Origin: Chrysomallon squamiferum
Taxonomy: Eukaryota > Animalia > Mollusca
NCBI GenBank assembly: GCA_012295275.1
Contig: CM022673.1
Coordinates: 2,914,001 to 2,978,000, forward strand
Length of the DNA stretch: 64,000 nt
Direction: 5' to 3'
Of the stretch, positions 1 through 14,904 are shown one piece after another; position 1 is the first letter of the stretch, and each line of letters starts with the position of its first letter. Both the position numbers and the translations under genes were made by a program. The notes under the pieces are model-generated. The model made no database searches. It had not been told where the DNA came from and saw only the letters and a program-made list of their open reading frames with translations.

Positions 1-504
1 TAATGTTAAAAGAAAAAGCAAAAATGCTAAAACTAAAGTGTAAAATGCTACAGATTATGAGATCCAATACCTGGATATATACATATAAATGTAAATGCAC
101 AAAATAAATTGACACACACAAAAAAAAAAAGAGAAAATATTTATATCAATTCTGAATAAAATCATTTTGTGATCACTTGTGATATTCTGCAGAATGACCT
201 AATCCAATAAAGAGAAAGAAAAAGAAAAAAGAAAAGAAAGGAAGTCAAATGTTTAATCACTTTTTTTTTACTATTTTATACTATTTTAGTTGTATATTAA
301 AATGGTAATCAATTTTAAAAAGTAAAATAGAAAATACCTTTCTTTCATGAATTGCAAGTCTTTTAACAATTTAAATATTTAAAAGGGTAACCCATTATAG
401 CCATTTAAAAAAGAAAAAAAAGAGACAGGAAAAAAACAAATTCAAAACTTAAACATCAACAAAATGTTTTAACAAATTGCACATCTAGTTTATTCAACAT
501 TGCA

Positions 505-3313
505 CTAGACTGAATCTTCCACCTCAATCTCATTTCCATAAGAAATGATCTCCACAACTTGTGTGTCGCCTTGTTCTCCCAGATCACTATCAATCTCTGA
601 AGCAACATCCATGGTCTTGTAGGACAATGTATTTGAAACTTCTAGAATATTCCCTTCTGAATCTACTGAACAGTACAGTTGTTGATGATCAGGAGAAATT
701 ATTTTTTTTCTTGTCCATTTATTCACAGAATCTGCATCTCCTGCAGGTGACATTAAGCACTGTTGAGCATTGCTTGGCTTTAAATGATGTTGAGAATATG
801 TCTGCTCTTTTTGTGGCACAAAATCCACAGAATTTTGTTCATGGTTTTGCCCAAGTTGTTTTTTAGGTGCTGGAGCAGAAGAATACTGTTCAGTGGATCC
901 AGTGCTTGTCACTGTTGGCAGTTTAAAAGGTATCTCCAAATTAGAAGGCTCCTCTTTCCTTTCATTATAATTTGTCTGTATTGTCCGGACTTCAGTTTGG
1001 GAAGGTAATGGAGTAAATGACTTTGCTGATGAAATTTTAAAGGCGGGTATTACCGGTGTTTGTGGACAGATTCTTGGCACTGTCTGAGACATACTAGCTA
1101 CCTGACTTTTAGCTAGTTTGTTCTCTGACTGTTGGGACTTCTGATGAAGTGCCGAGATGGATGAATTACTGATTTCAAATGATTTTAGGGCAGACATATT
1201 TTGTTCTGCTTGAACTTCTGCTCTGTTTGAATAACTCAATTTGTGAACACCCTGTCTTTCGCTGTCTTTGTTTTTATCATAATTACTGATTACTCTATCA
1301 AGAGAAAAACATGGAGCAGGATTACAATTCTGATGACTGCTAGATGAAAAATATGATGATGAATGTGATGGTGATGGTGGTGCTGTGTGTCTTGATTTAA
1401 TTTCTGTAGGTTGTGATGAACTGCTGTATGGTTGTGGTATCATCAGATGACTTGGATTGTGTGTTGGTGACATCAGATGTGCTCCTGTATGAGATGGTGA
1501 CATCAGATGACCTGGTGTATGAGTTGGTGACAACATCACAGTTCTACCATCTACTGTGACACTGTCAGCACCATCAGGAACAATGTAAACATGAATGACA
1601 GTCTGGCCAGCAGACTCTTCAGGGACAAGTATCATCTGAACTTTCTTATCTGATGCATCATTTCCTGACATATTTTCTGATGGAGGTCTCAGCTGTCCTG
1701 TATGATCCACCTCAATCACAGGATGGACTTGTTCAGGGATCTGCTGCATCACTATATTACCACTCACAGAATGTCCATGAATCACAGATTTTGGTGGTGA
1801 AAATGATGCATCCTTCTGTGGTGTTGTACACACTTCCAGATCAACAGTTGCATCCTCCTGGACATCAGTAATTCTGCTAGCAGCTGGTTTTACTTTGCCT
1901 GGGACAAATGGAACAGCTTCTGATGAAGGTTTCTCACTGTCTTCACTGCTGTCAACCTGTTCTTGTCGGCTACAACTCATGCTGACCAGAATCTCAACCA
2001 CTTCTTCATGTTTTGTATGCAGCTCATCAGTGATCCCCACTTGATGTCTGAAATGTTAATATAATAATTATTATCATATGCATGCAGTAGTCAGCAGATT
2101 TTTGAATTAGGTCAGTACTAAAATATTCCCATCAATTGTTCTTTTCAAATATTTGAATTTTACATGCTTCAAGGATAGAAAACATTGTAAACAACTGGAG
2201 AATTAACATTTTTCTCAGTCCAGTAGAACTAAAATTTTATACAGCTTCTTGTACACATTTGAATGAAACAACAAGTTACTATCTATTCTCTTATTTCATA
2301 AACAATTATAAAAATTATTAATGATGATTATTCTAAACTGAAAAAATCTACAGCAATTTCTAATAAAATATCAATTTACTATTAGAAAATGCTGGGAACA
2401 GATGTTTTATTTTACACCATTTGACATGAAGAGGATATCAATAAATGTGAAAAGAAAAGAAAAATCTTCGATATGAATATAAATGTATTTTAAACACAAA
2501 TTATTTTTTTTATGTTTCCAGTCTTAAGATTCCAACACTTTGAGGCCAGTAATTATTTCTTCAGGTGATTCATTAATTTTGATATTTTTTTTTTCTTAAA
2601 TTTAAAGATTTTCTAAGGAACCATCATGTCCATTAAACTATACTTTTGTAAGTTGATATATTATGAATTTAAAAAATATTTTATCTTAAATTCAATATGA
2701 GAATTTATTGCTTGCATTTATTTTGTAAAAGTGGTCACAGTTCAAATAGACTGATTATATTTCCAAAGTCCTCAGTTACAAACATGATTTTAAACTATTT
2801 TACCTTCAAAACACCAAATACACATTTTTAAAGTTTTATTTTATGTTATTTAAAAAAAATATATATCTATATCCAAGATGCAAAATATGTGCAATTTCCA
2901 TTCCTAAATTGTTTAGATGATTAATTTAAGAACCGTAATCAGCAGTTACTTAAATGCTTTTAACTTCCTCTGAGGTTAACGGTCAGTTCAGGTATAAGAG
3001 GTTAATTATCTTTCCTAATCTCTTTTTTTATTTAATATTAGTTACTAGAAGCTCTGTTTATTCAAAAAAAACCCCAAAACAACTTTGAAACAACAATAAT
3101 ATACTTGTTAGATAACCCCAAATTTTTTGTGAAATAAACCAATAAAATGATCTAGATCATTTATGTCTGTAATAAACAGTTTGTTAACAAACTGAGGAAC
3201 ACAGATGGTCTGTTTACTTATTATTTTATATTTTATAGATTTAGAACATTTATTTCATGTGTAATAATAATTATTTCTTTATAACTGATTATTGTATTTC
3301 ATGTGATGAAATA

Positions 3314-3352
<39 letters not shown>

Positions 3353-6300
3353 CAATATGGAATCTTGTAGAAGATTTCGGTATTATAGTTTCAAACAGGA
3401 TTTTAGCTGTCAGGTTCATATGCATGTTAGTGAGATTTTTGATAACTGTCTTTTATTACTTATTTCTACCTTTTTAAAATCTTTATTTATTAATGTTGAT
3501 TCAATGATTTTGATACATTAACAGCTTAACATTTATGATTATTAATTATCAAATTTAAAAAAGAAAAAAAAGATATTGTATTAAGAGGGAAGAGTGAAAG
3601 TAAAATGTGAAATATTTTCAGCAAGGGATCTTTTACATAATTCTTCCTAAACAAAACAGAAGTCATGTCTCAGTTCCTGTTAATCTGTATGTGTATCATT
3701 TTTTTTTCGAATCATTTGTTTTCATTAAATTGTTTTATTTGTGTTCTGTAATTCTTAAATCATTACCTTCAATTTTTTATTTAATTTTGTAATTTTATTT
3801 TATTATTATTTGATTGCATATTCAATTTTATTGTTTTTTAATTTTAGAATGGACTTTTTTGTTTCATTTTTTTTTTTTTTTTTATGGAAGACATGCACAA
3901 TGTGTAGTTTTATGATCACATTCCTTCAGTATTTTTTATTTGATTTAATACTGAAGTTTGCTGCTGTTCAAAATGGTGAATTTAGAATAACTATTTTATT
4001 ATGCAGACATAGAATCCATCTGTATTCCTGATTTGATGCAATGTCAACTTTCTTCATTTCAGCAATAAATGTATATAAACCTGATCCAACTTTAATATTT
4101 ATAATTATATGTTCACCCATCTCTGTGCCGACTACTGAAGACATCAAATGTGTGGATCATTTCAGTTGCTTTAAAAATGCATTATTATTAATAATTTGTA
4201 ATACCTGATCTTCTCTTGGTGCCAATAAAATATTTTAATCAGATGATGTACCCATTGGTACATTTAAAAAAAAACCTGACCTATTGTCATAGCTTAATGA
4301 TGCGTCCACATTTTATGATGCAGGTCGCTGTAGGTCTTGTGATTGTGGAATTAAACAGTAAACCAGCTGTTGCTAAGTAACAGTGCCATCACCATTCAGC
4401 AGCAAGTAACTATCTCATGCACCGGGCCAGAGACAGGAGTACACTAGAGTGTTGAAATACTAGTCAGGCAGGACTGGTTGGTCAGATATAACCAAGAATC
4501 CAACAGTCTAATCTATGTTGTTTGGTTAAATTTTTCTTATATCTAAGCTTATGTTTAGTATTATACATAATGGACAACATCATGGTAAAAAATAATCTCA
4601 CAGTCTGAAGGATTTTTTTTCAAGTTCGTAAAGTATTGAAAACAATCCTTGAGACAAAATTTCTCTGCAAGTTTCTCCATACTTGGATATTTGTACCAAA
4701 CAAAGAATTTTGATAAAGCTGTTTATATATAATGTGGAGGTAAAGACAAATGTGTCATAATCAATAGTATTTTTGTTGTTGCTGTTTATTTATTTATTTA
4801 TCATTATCATTTAACAAATTGAAAAGCACAGTTGAAACATTACAACAAAAAATCTGTTGCAAAGGAAATTGCCTACAGTTCTCTGAATCAACAAATTAAA
4901 TTATAATGAAAAAAAACAAAATAAAAATAAATAATAAATGTGAACAAAATTGTAACAATACTTATAATATCACAGATAAAATATCACCATCTTGGTTGAG
5001 ATATTAACAATGTACAGGAAATATTTAAACACAGAAGACATGATGTAAAGGACATGAAAAAAGCAAACAAGTGGAATTTCTGAAGCTGATCCAGTTTAGA
5101 CAAAATCACGACAAATATTTGAATAAACGTTTCATCCTTCAAATATAAATAAAAAGAAAATTTACAAAAAGAAAAAATACTAGAGATGCAAAAATTATAA
5201 TATGTTGGCATCAGATCTGTATTTATTTTTTAACACTGGAACAAAACATTCATTTTTATATTTGTAACCTTTTCAGTAATTGTGTGAAACATTTGTCAGT
5301 AATTAAAAAAAAAAAAGAGGATAATATTTAATAAGTTCTGGTGGATAATGACCTATTTTGAGAATATAATTTCTTTTGTATTTTAGGTTTACAAAAAGCT
5401 CTGCAGACCTGTCAAGTCATTCTGAACAATCAGTGTAAGGGAGACAACTAGCTTAAAGCATTCCATGAACATTCTAGTTCTAAACTGACAATAAAGGAGA
5501 TAAATCAATATATACAAATAAAATAAAGTAATCAGGGACTAGTATTTGCACACTCAAAACTATAAAGCACATTTAAAAAAAAAAAAATGACTAGTCAGGG
5601 GATTACAAAACATGTAAATAGAGAAAAACAAAAAGTAATCAACAAGAAATTCATTTGCTGGTTACTATCCTAACATTAAACAAACATTTCCAGTTACATC
5701 CAAATATTGCTTCTAAATAATCTCTTTTATAAATCTAAAATTCAAATCATTATCTTTGTCACTGAAAATGAACTGCTTAATTTTTTTTTTTTTTAGCTGG
5801 TAATAAACAAAGTAACAGAAGAAAAGCTACCTATCAGCAGCACCCTCCTCCAGTTCTTCAGGGACATCATCATACATCGTCTTACCTACAACATTAAACA
5901 GAACAGCCATCATAGTTAATTGAAACATGGGAAATGAAAATACAACAGACAATGCTTTATATAGGAATAAAACAAAATATACTCAAATTCAATCTTATTT
6001 TAAATTTTTTTTTTTTTTTTTTTAATATAATTTTATAAACATTCTGATCAACAATATACAAGATATAAATCCAAAAAGAAAAACAAAAGTTGAAATTTCA
6101 AATGACAGTTATCAATATATTTGTAACGAGCATGAATTTCTATCTAAATTTAATATATATGGGAAAAGAATTTTCTAGATAAATGTCAGTTGAACAGTAC
6201 CATAAGGGAACACGCAAACACCTTAACAGACTATGCAATACAGTACTTTTACAATACTGGTACAGTCTATCAGGAATTTTTGAGCCAACCACCTGTATAA

Positions 6301-9300
6301 TTTTTTTACTCACGTCGTTTCCTTTGTGACCTTCTGACCAAGTTTTCCTTCATCATTCTTTCCTTTCGTTTCTCCTCTCGAATTTTCTTTTTCTCCAGTT
6401 TTGCATTAATTTTCTGTTGCTTCACTTTTATTTCCTCGGATTTCACAAACTCCAAATAATCTTTGCGTTCCTGCTCAAATTTTTCCAATATTGCCATATC
6501 AAACTTGTGCCTTTGATCTGCAAATGGAATAAACCAAGTTTACTGAGTATTTGTCTTTTTATTCAGCTTAGAAGTAATTTAAACACCTCATGTTGTTTCA
6601 CTGGTTTCTATTTGTTAAAATATACCAACATAATAAACTATTAGATTCAGTGTTAGATAGATCTATCTATATATATTTATATATACATGTGTAATTCTGT
6701 AACTGTACATTTATAAGACTATATATATACATACATGTATACATATACATAAACACAAATTTACAAGTAAACATTTTACAAACCTATAGCTTTATCAACC
6801 AAAATGCGGTGAAATTTTTCTTCTTTTTTGAACTTGTTCTGAAAAATCAAAGTTAAAAAAGTTTAACGTAAAATCGAAATATCAAAGGGCCACAAGTTTG
6901 GTGTGGCAGTAGCAATGAAATCCACAGAAATAAAAGTGAATTGCTACTGCAAAACTGGAGAGAAACAAACTAACAAATCCATCATTTTTCAAAATTATAT
7001 CATAATCAGAAGAAAACATGAAATTACCGATTTGAACCATAAAGAAAGCAACTTATGAACAAAAATATAAATAAATTCTAATCAAGATTTTTGCCCAATT
7101 TAGGTATGTAAAACAAAAAGTAACTCATTAACTAACCTTTATTTCCTTGCGAGAACGATCGGGGAAAAGTTTCATCAGCATTGTAAAATCTGTGCCAACA
7201 GTTGAGAGAGCTCGATAAAACTGCTTAGTTTCTGGAAGAAATAAAAATTATTTTAATATTAATTTCTAGAACATTCAGCTATTTAAATGATTTAGCTTCG
7301 TTAATATTTCAAACAATAATAGAATGAAAGTTATTTTAAATATTTTAAATAGTAAGTCAACTTTGTATGTTGTCTATGTAACCCACTCCAAAATCTGAGA
7401 AGTTTGTTTTAATTCTAAAAATTGACATTTAATTATTTTCTTCTGCTACAAAAGAAACAAAAAGACACACACACACAAACAAAGGGTGTAAAACAGGTGA
7501 ATATTTATTTACGTTATAAAAACTGTGAAGATCAAGAGAAAATGTTTTCATATTGACAAACCCATAACATTCCATCTTCGAGATTGAATTCGGTTGCCAT
7601 AGAAACCACCACAAGGACGAGATTCATCCTCTTCTACAATTTCCATGTCTTCAGTTTTGTCTTTCTCCTGATTATCTATCACCAAACTGAAATTACCAAA
7701 AATAAAATAAAAAAAATAATGCACTTACAGCACTTTCTTTATTAAATAATTAAAAAAATGGACCAAAATTACCTGTAATACCTGTAATAAAATTGATTTA
7801 TCTGCACATTCAGACATGGAGTGAATATTTTACTGTTGTATTTTGACACTTGCTGGTACACTGGCTGTATTTAAATATCTACAAAACATCTGACCTTGAT
7901 TTCAGGAATAATTTATTTAACATTTAAAAAAAAGAAAAAAAAAGCTAATTTGTTCTCCAGAAAGAGATGGATAGAATTAAGACAAGTAGTGGCACATTCT
8001 TTTCATAAAATATTAATCCCTGAGGATGTGTATTTTTTTTTAAATTATGCAACATATTAAATTATTGTATATTATTTTTCTGTGTCATTTGAAATTGGTT
8101 ACTTTTAGTAATTAGAAACCATAAAGCAAAATATTATTTCTCTACCTTCTGAAAGACGGAAACAGGACACATTGAACTTTAATAAATGATTTATGGAGTA
8201 ATTTTTGAAAATGTACACAATGTGATAAAATGGTACTTAAAAAAAAGACTGCAAAATGAAACTTATTAATGAATGAGCTGTTCAAACTTGCTAGCATGAA
8301 GTGATATAGTCATTTTTAATTTTATTTGTCTCAGTGTTAAGCATGTATCTTACTAAATATGTTTACTTACCTTTCCTCATTCAGTATTATGTTGCCATCT
8401 GGTCCTATTTTAACCTGAGGAACTGGCATCGAGTCATCATCCCCATCATCGACATCCTGAGGTTCCTGAGCTACTGGAGGAGTTGCAGCTATTGTTGCTG
8501 GTTCACTTCTTGGTGAATTTGTCACAGATTTGTTTTTTATTTTTGGTCTGAGGGAATAAAAGTTGAAATAAAGTTCCATATTATGAGTTATGGTTTATTT
8601 GTTTATTTAATTTTAATTTTTTGAAACTGAGCTGCTGTATTTTTTATCAAATGTATTTTTGGTTTTTAATATACAGTTATTTTATAAATTCATATACAAT
8701 CATAACTTTTTACAATATATAATGCACTATTATCAATTTCATACACAAAATTTTCACTGATTCCATAAGTAATTTAAATAAGGACCTTACTTGAGAACAT
8801 TTGTTCTGGGATTCCAGTAAATAAGATCTCCCATTGTCAGTTTCTGTCTGTTAGGTGGTTCATCCGTTGATGGCAAAATTTTATGAGCACGATGCTGAAA
8901 ATAATTTATGTACTTGTTTAAATTTACATTTTGCAAACAAAAATTTGTAAAATATAAAAATTTGAAAAAAAAAGAAAATAAGAAAAAGGACATGTTTTAT
9001 TATATGGTCAGTGATATTAAAGCAATCCCTTTCTCAATCAGCCCATTCGTTTGCTTGCACATTGATAGTGCAGGACAGCAGTGCATACCAAGCACTTTAA
9101 TCCACAAGATGTATGGAATGGGATAGATGAAATGTATAAGTACAGTATTCTTGTGGGAACTTAATATGATCCACAAAGTGGCAAAATCAGGTGCTTTTTC
9201 TCCCTGACTGCATACTATTTGATCATTTTTTTTTTTTTTTTTTTTACACAATAACTAGTGATACTAAGCTTTTTTCAGTTTAACACGCAATACCTCTTTA

Positions 9301-10893
9301 CGTCTTTCAGTTTTAGCCTTGACAGTTTTCTCTGTTGATTCAGCAGACTGCTGGGTTGATGATTTGGTTTGAGCCGAGTTTTCAACATTTTTCGGTTTAA
9401 CCTGACTCTCCTCTGATTCTGTCTCTGCTGCTGGAGCTGGAGATTCTGCTGTATTTGCAGAACTGAAAAATAACAATATTGACAGTTAAGATTAATTATG
9501 TAATAGATTACATGACTAAGTAGTCTTTAATGCATCATTATCAGACTAAAGAGTTCTATGATTTAGATTTTTCATTCAATCTTTTTTTCTTGTAAATTTA
9601 TTTTAAATGAAATTTTTTTTAAATAAAAGGTTATTGTAAGATAAACACATCTAGGATGTTACACTTGAAATGATGCAACACTGTATACATGCAATACTTG
9701 TGCATCTCTATGCACATCTATCAGAAAATATTCATATACACTCTGCATCAGGTGTGTAATACATGATATTAATACTCTCACAATATTCCTTTAGAAGTTA
9801 TTTTCCAACATTTTTAAGAATACTAATCAAACGGTGAGATAAAAATCAGTTTTAAAATGTCAATATATCTTGGTCATCTTCAACAATACAATACACTGGG
9901 AGAGAAAAGAATCTATTCATTGCTGTTTTTAATAATCTTTGGTTAACATTAAATCAAGAACCTTTGTTTTACAGGACTTGCAGGAACCGATTTCTCCTTT
10001 GTGTTGTCATTTGTTTCAGGTTGAGGAACATTACTTAATACAGGGGATGACACGACAGTTGTTGTTGAAACTGATGTCACATTTTGTGAGGTCGAAGTTC
10101 TGGAAAGAGAATCAAATGAAATATACTGTAATGAAATGATGTGTTAAAATTCAGAATTCATCAGCTGTTTAAAAATAATTTTCTCAATTCTAATTATTAG
10201 TAATGGTTATAATATTTACTATATGAAATAATCGTTAGTTTTTCTTTTTTTTAATTATGTCTTTACAATTTAAACCTCTCAAAATCAGACATGTTTATTA
10301 GGCAAAGTTTTAACCATATTTATAACTTGGTAAATATTGGTAAAAATTACCTTTCATTAACTCACAGTTAAAATGATTAAGCATTTAACTTCAGTGTGAC
10401 AGTTTTCTGAAAGAAGAATTTCATACCTTGATATCTTGGGTCGACCAGAATCACTAACATTAGGACGTGCTTTGGGAAATCGACTCCTGACTGGTTTAGG
10501 TTTAGCTTCATGTTTCGATTCTGGCGTATCACTGCATTCAGGAACTTCATTTTTTGATGTATCTGAATTATCTTTAACGGTCACAGGAACAGAAGAACCA
10601 ACAGTCTCTTCTTGAACAAGGACTTCTTTAGTTTGGTTATCATCAGCTGTGATTTTAGAGGCTGAAGGAGATGAAGTAGCTGATGTTGGAATTTCAGTTT
10701 CAGGAACCAGAGAAGCGGTTTGACAGTTTGTATTGGAGTCCACCCCTTTTGTTTCTGTGTCCAATACATCTTTATCTGCACCATCATCTTTGGGTCTGAT
10801 TGGTACAGGTGCAGATCCAGAAGCTAGCACAGCTTTACCTGTTTTAGGACCAACATTTGGCCGAAACTGAAGCCTAGATCTTCGAGTGGCCAT
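505..10893 (-). CDS. BDP1: Transcription factor TFIIIB component B'' (BDP1) homolog, 11 coding exons, ~1043 aa
   Basis: Exons (minus): 10893-10427, 10099-9962, 9462-9294, 8894-8791, 8547-8371, 7686-7562, 7231-7137, 6838-6784, 6517-6314, 5885-5831, 2047-505 (TAG 507-505). All introns are GT-AG with consistent phases; total 3132 nt. The protein has BDP1 hallmarks: N-terminal MATRRSRLQFRPNV, LTMGDLIYWNP, PVPQVKIGPDGNIILNEESLVI and the SANT/Myb domain RWNVMETKQFYRALSTVGTDFTMLMKLFPDRSRKEIKNKFKKEEK. Confidence 0.93.
1441..1533 (-). repeat. Coding 30-bp tandem repeat x3 in the last BDP1 exon (LSPTHTPGHL-MSPSHTGAHL-MSPTHNPSHL)
   Basis: catcagatg...ggtga units begin at 1441, 1471 and 1501. Confidence 0.85.
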
Positions 10894-11486
10894 ACCAATG
10901 ACTAAAAACAATTTACACAAAATTTATTTTAATTTCATTACTTATTTTAAAAATAAAAATAAAGGGTTAAAATCGACATCAAAGTATTTTATCATCCAAA
11001 TACCGCAAATTCATATATTTAGCCAAATTATCATAAAATTATTGTTTACAGATGTGCCACATTAATTATTTCAACTGGTTGATTTATAATTACCTGTTAG
11101 TGTCACGTTAGCAAAATCTGTCCAGTAATTCAGGATACTTCTGTGTAGTTTTTGAACTACTAAACGCAGTAAACCACACACAATCGTGACAGTGTATAAT
11201 GCAATACCACCATAATTACTGTATGTAGATACGTGGACTAACTGTTATACTCTTCGGTATTACATACATCCCAGTTAATATTAAAACTAGTGTGCTTCAC
11301 AGAATTAATATAGGCTTATAGTGTGACAACAGTATGACGAAATGCATGCAACATATGGGCAATTTTGGCAATTTTATTATTCGGCCGAGTTGGTAGACAA
11401 CGATATACTGAACTGTAAAACTATTACATAACATATAACTTATTTATTAAATATGGACGATTACATTTTCATGGAAATAAAATTAC

Positions 11487-11600
11487 CTCACTGTTAAGCC
11501 TATGTTAGGCGTAATCATGGCACCGACACACGTGCAGCTACATTTCCACGTGCTGATTTAGGTAACTTCGCCGACTTCTGAGTGGAAGTCCTTGTTTTCG
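11487..11600 (-). promoter_or_regulatory. Probable BDP1 promoter / non-coding first exon with two CACGTG E-boxes
   Basis: Minus-strand donor GAG|GTAATT (exon edge 11487). The acceptor at 10902-10903 lies 8 nt before the ATG, so an upstream exon is needed. CACGTG at 11529-11534 and 11547-11552; GGAAGT near 11584; locally CpG-rich. Confidence 0.5.
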
Positions 11601-12625
11601 TCTCAGACTTGGACTTAAAGATTTCGAGAAAAAAAGTTAAATATCTTTAACAGCACACACCCAGTGTTTTAATAGAGTCAATATTCTCAAAAATTATCCG
11701 CGGACGTAGTCAAATATAACAAAACAAGGCTCCCAATCAACTAAGACGCTTGAAACAGAGTTGCAATATTTTTATAATCTTAGACTGCAAGGTCAAGGCT
11801 ATTTGTTGTAGTAAATTCCTTCCATTGTGATAGGAGCATTCAACATCTCTTGCAACACCGACTACTACTACTACTACTTCTACTATTACTACTACCTACC
11901 TACCTACCTACCTACCTACCTACCTACCTACCTAAGTAAATAGTAATGATACTACAATTACACCAGCATGCAGCAACAGCAGAAGCAGCAAGAGCAACAA
12001 AAAAATAAATAAATAAATAAATAAATAAATATTATTAATTGTATGGATGTGAGGCATTTGCCTCAGTGCAGTCACGACCATGCAGTATAGTTTTAGTATT
12101 AGTATGTGTCGCCACGAATGTATAAATCATTACTTGCAAATAAACAAAATGGGTCATTCGTACCGCCACTGAAATACACATGTTTAGTATACTGAAAGGC
12201 CGAAGTACGAATTTTTTTTTTGGTTATTATTTTTTATATATAACACGCATACCTAACAGTAAAAACTAGGACAGTAGTCAGCTATAGTGTAGTATGTTTA
12301 GCCTTAAAGGTTAATATCAGGACAGCGAGAGAGAGAGGTAAGAGAGGTGTTTATTTGTAAAGCTTTGAGAATACACCTGTCAGAAAATCTTCATTACTTA
12401 CAGTGTAGTTTTAGTAAAAATATAAATTCATTTTGAAAAAAAGGTACACAGTGTATGGAAATGTTTGTTCAACGAAACATGATTATTATTGTTAATTTCT
12501 TTTTCTTTTTCTTTTCATTATGTAATTTTTCTGATGATCTGTTTAGGTATTATTAATGAGTTTCCTTCTTCTAAAAGTACGAACTTTATTTTATTTATTT
12601 TATATTATCTTTTTATTTTTTTTAT

Positions 12626-12818
12626 TTTTATTGCATACATTTACTCAAGATATTACATTTTATTTTATTGCATATGTTTACTCAAGATATTACATTTTAT
12701 TTTATTGCATATGTTTACTCAAAATATTACATTTTATTTTATTTTATTTTATATCATTTTATTTATTTCATTTTATTTTATTTTATTACATACGTTTACT
12801 CATATTATTACATTTTAT
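12626..12818. repeat. 37-bp minisatellite (3 good copies plus 1 degenerate copy)
   Basis: ttgcata(c/t)(a/g)tttactcaa(g/a)atattacattttattttta recurs at 12631, 12668 and 12705, with a degenerate copy near 12786. Confidence 0.8.
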
Positions 12819-13043
12819 GTTGTGTGTAAGCATTTTCAACTGTTCGATCTAATGCGAGAAATACACATTTTTTTCGCTTCTGCGGCAGACCTAAAAGGGT
12901 AATATAAAAAAAAAATACAACCCCTCCCCCAAAAAAAAAAAAAAAAAAAAAAAAAAAAACAAAAAAAAAAAAAAAAAAAAAACAAGAGAAAAAATACATA
13001 TCAGTTTAATAAATATATTTATTTTATTAACGTTCATTTTCAT

Positions 13044-13343
13044 TGTACCCTGGCTGTCTGTGGCCCTCTGGGACAAGACGGTCTTTTGTACGTGTGCGAC
13101 ATTAGTCAGACAGCTACTGGTTCTGTAACATTACTTCAGAGTGCTGTGATACGAAAAACCCACTGATGCTGCATATCACCACGGCGTGACTATGGGACCT
13201 TTGGACTTCAGGATGGACACTGACAGTGGTCTGTAATGAACGCTTAAATTCAGGACACGGCCATTGCTCAGCAGAACACGCAATAAACCGCAATAAACCG
13301 TGTAATTAACTACGTCCTGAAATTACTTCTCGTGCATATTACA
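13044..13343 (+). mobile_element. Candidate solo LTR / repeat remnant
   Basis: GC-richer island with TG...CA ends (TGTA at 13044 or TGTAACA at 13124; TATTACA ending 13343) and a duplicated AATAAAC ~50 nt from the 3' end. No TSD found. Confidence 0.3.
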
Positions 13344-14904
13344 TTGCGTAAAGCTACTTTGTTCAAATGCCCTTAGAAATTATGCTATACACTTTTAACT
13401 TTTCTCTTTTATATATATATATATATATTTCGTTTTTTTTGTTTTTTTTTTTCTTTCTCTGTCATATACTTATTATATATATATATATATTTATTTCTTC
13501 TTCTTAAAATTATATCTCTCTCTGATGTGCATACATATTATACTGCACATAAAATACTTGTGATATATTTATACATACACTGCAAGCCTCACCGATTTCA
13601 AGTCGTCTTTAATAAGCGCAAAAGAAATTTGATTCTTCGAATAACACATGTACACTTTAGAGGAGATTCAGAGATGTACATTCTGTATGTTTCAGGTGAT
13701 GGTAAATATATTAAGAAAACAAAGCAAAAAACCCCATATTTCCTAGATCAATACAGTATCATTAATTAAAACATAATAACAGAAAACTTACACAGTTAAT
13801 ATAAATTAATATTTCCATGTTGGTAACAGAAATTAACACAGGTATATTACATTTTATACTGTTTGGTACTCTGCAAATATCGTTTATTTTTAAAACAGCA
13901 ACAGCTACCCGAGCAACAACGAAAGCAGCAGCAACAACATCAACAACAACAACAACGAAAACAAAAACAAATTAATAATAATGACCCGCCAAAATAATTT
14001 TAAAAGACACAAAAAGCCAAAATCAACAACAATAATAATAACATCTCAAAACATAAAAAACCCTATTAAAACTGGAATATTCGGGCTTGGTATTTTATCA
14101 TAATAAACAGCGTCCACCTGTTTGTGTTGTATCTTCCAGTTTGCAGATAACTGCACACACAGCTATCAGTGTTCAGCCAGACAAAGTGAAGTACCAAAGG
14201 CCACATGGTTTTAAATTCACTCCGTGCTGCTTCTAACATTAATCAGATTGTATAATGATTTCGACCTTGTTGTTGTTGCTATTGTTACTGTGGTTATCGT
14301 TGTTATTGTTGTTGTAGTAGTTGTTATTATTGTTGTTGTTGTTGTTGTTGATACTGTGGTTGTCATTTGTATCAACGTTATCATCAACCTAATTATCATC
14401 TTCATTATTATTATTATTATTATTATTAAGCTCATGAATGTTATAAAATACAAAGTTGAACGAACAAAACGGACGAATGAATGGAATGAATGGATGGATG
14501 AATGTATGAATGTATGAATGTATGAATGGTGAATGGGAATGAATACCTGGATAAATGGATAAACGGATGAACAAAATAAACTAAACAAAGGCAGATGACC
14601 TGAATGAAGGAATGAGTGGAGAATGTTCAACGAGATCCTCAGTATCTAAGATAACAACCCTTAACTGGGACAGAGTTATTTTTATTACTGTGCAAGCACT
14701 GAAACAATCAAGGTTATTGGTACCTGCAATTTCCGTGTTCGCTTCACAATGCAGTATGAACACTGGTCACTGAAGCGTATCTCCAGTACAGTGTCCACTG
14801 TTTGTGTCGTCCCCAGCTGGTAAATTAGAAAGGCTTTGAATTCAAAAAGGTGATAAAAGTAACGTCCACTAGAAAACGTGTTTTGCAATATCTGGCCTTA
14901 GGGG

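Noticed and set aside
4205-4500. Extra BDP1 exon or ncRNA in the 3.8-kb last intron
   Set aside because: A donor-like site exists at 4204, but there is no in-phase exon or recognisable RNA motif, and the flanking exons already join in frame.
12626-12818. CRISPR-like array (37-bp repeats)
   Set aside because: The repeats are head-to-tail with no unique spacers, the context is eukaryotic and there are no cas genes; it is a minisatellite.
12080-12903. piggyBac-like ends (aaaggttaa ~12306-12314; aaagggtaa ~12895-12902)
   Set aside because: No matching opposite terminus or TTAA pair could be identified.
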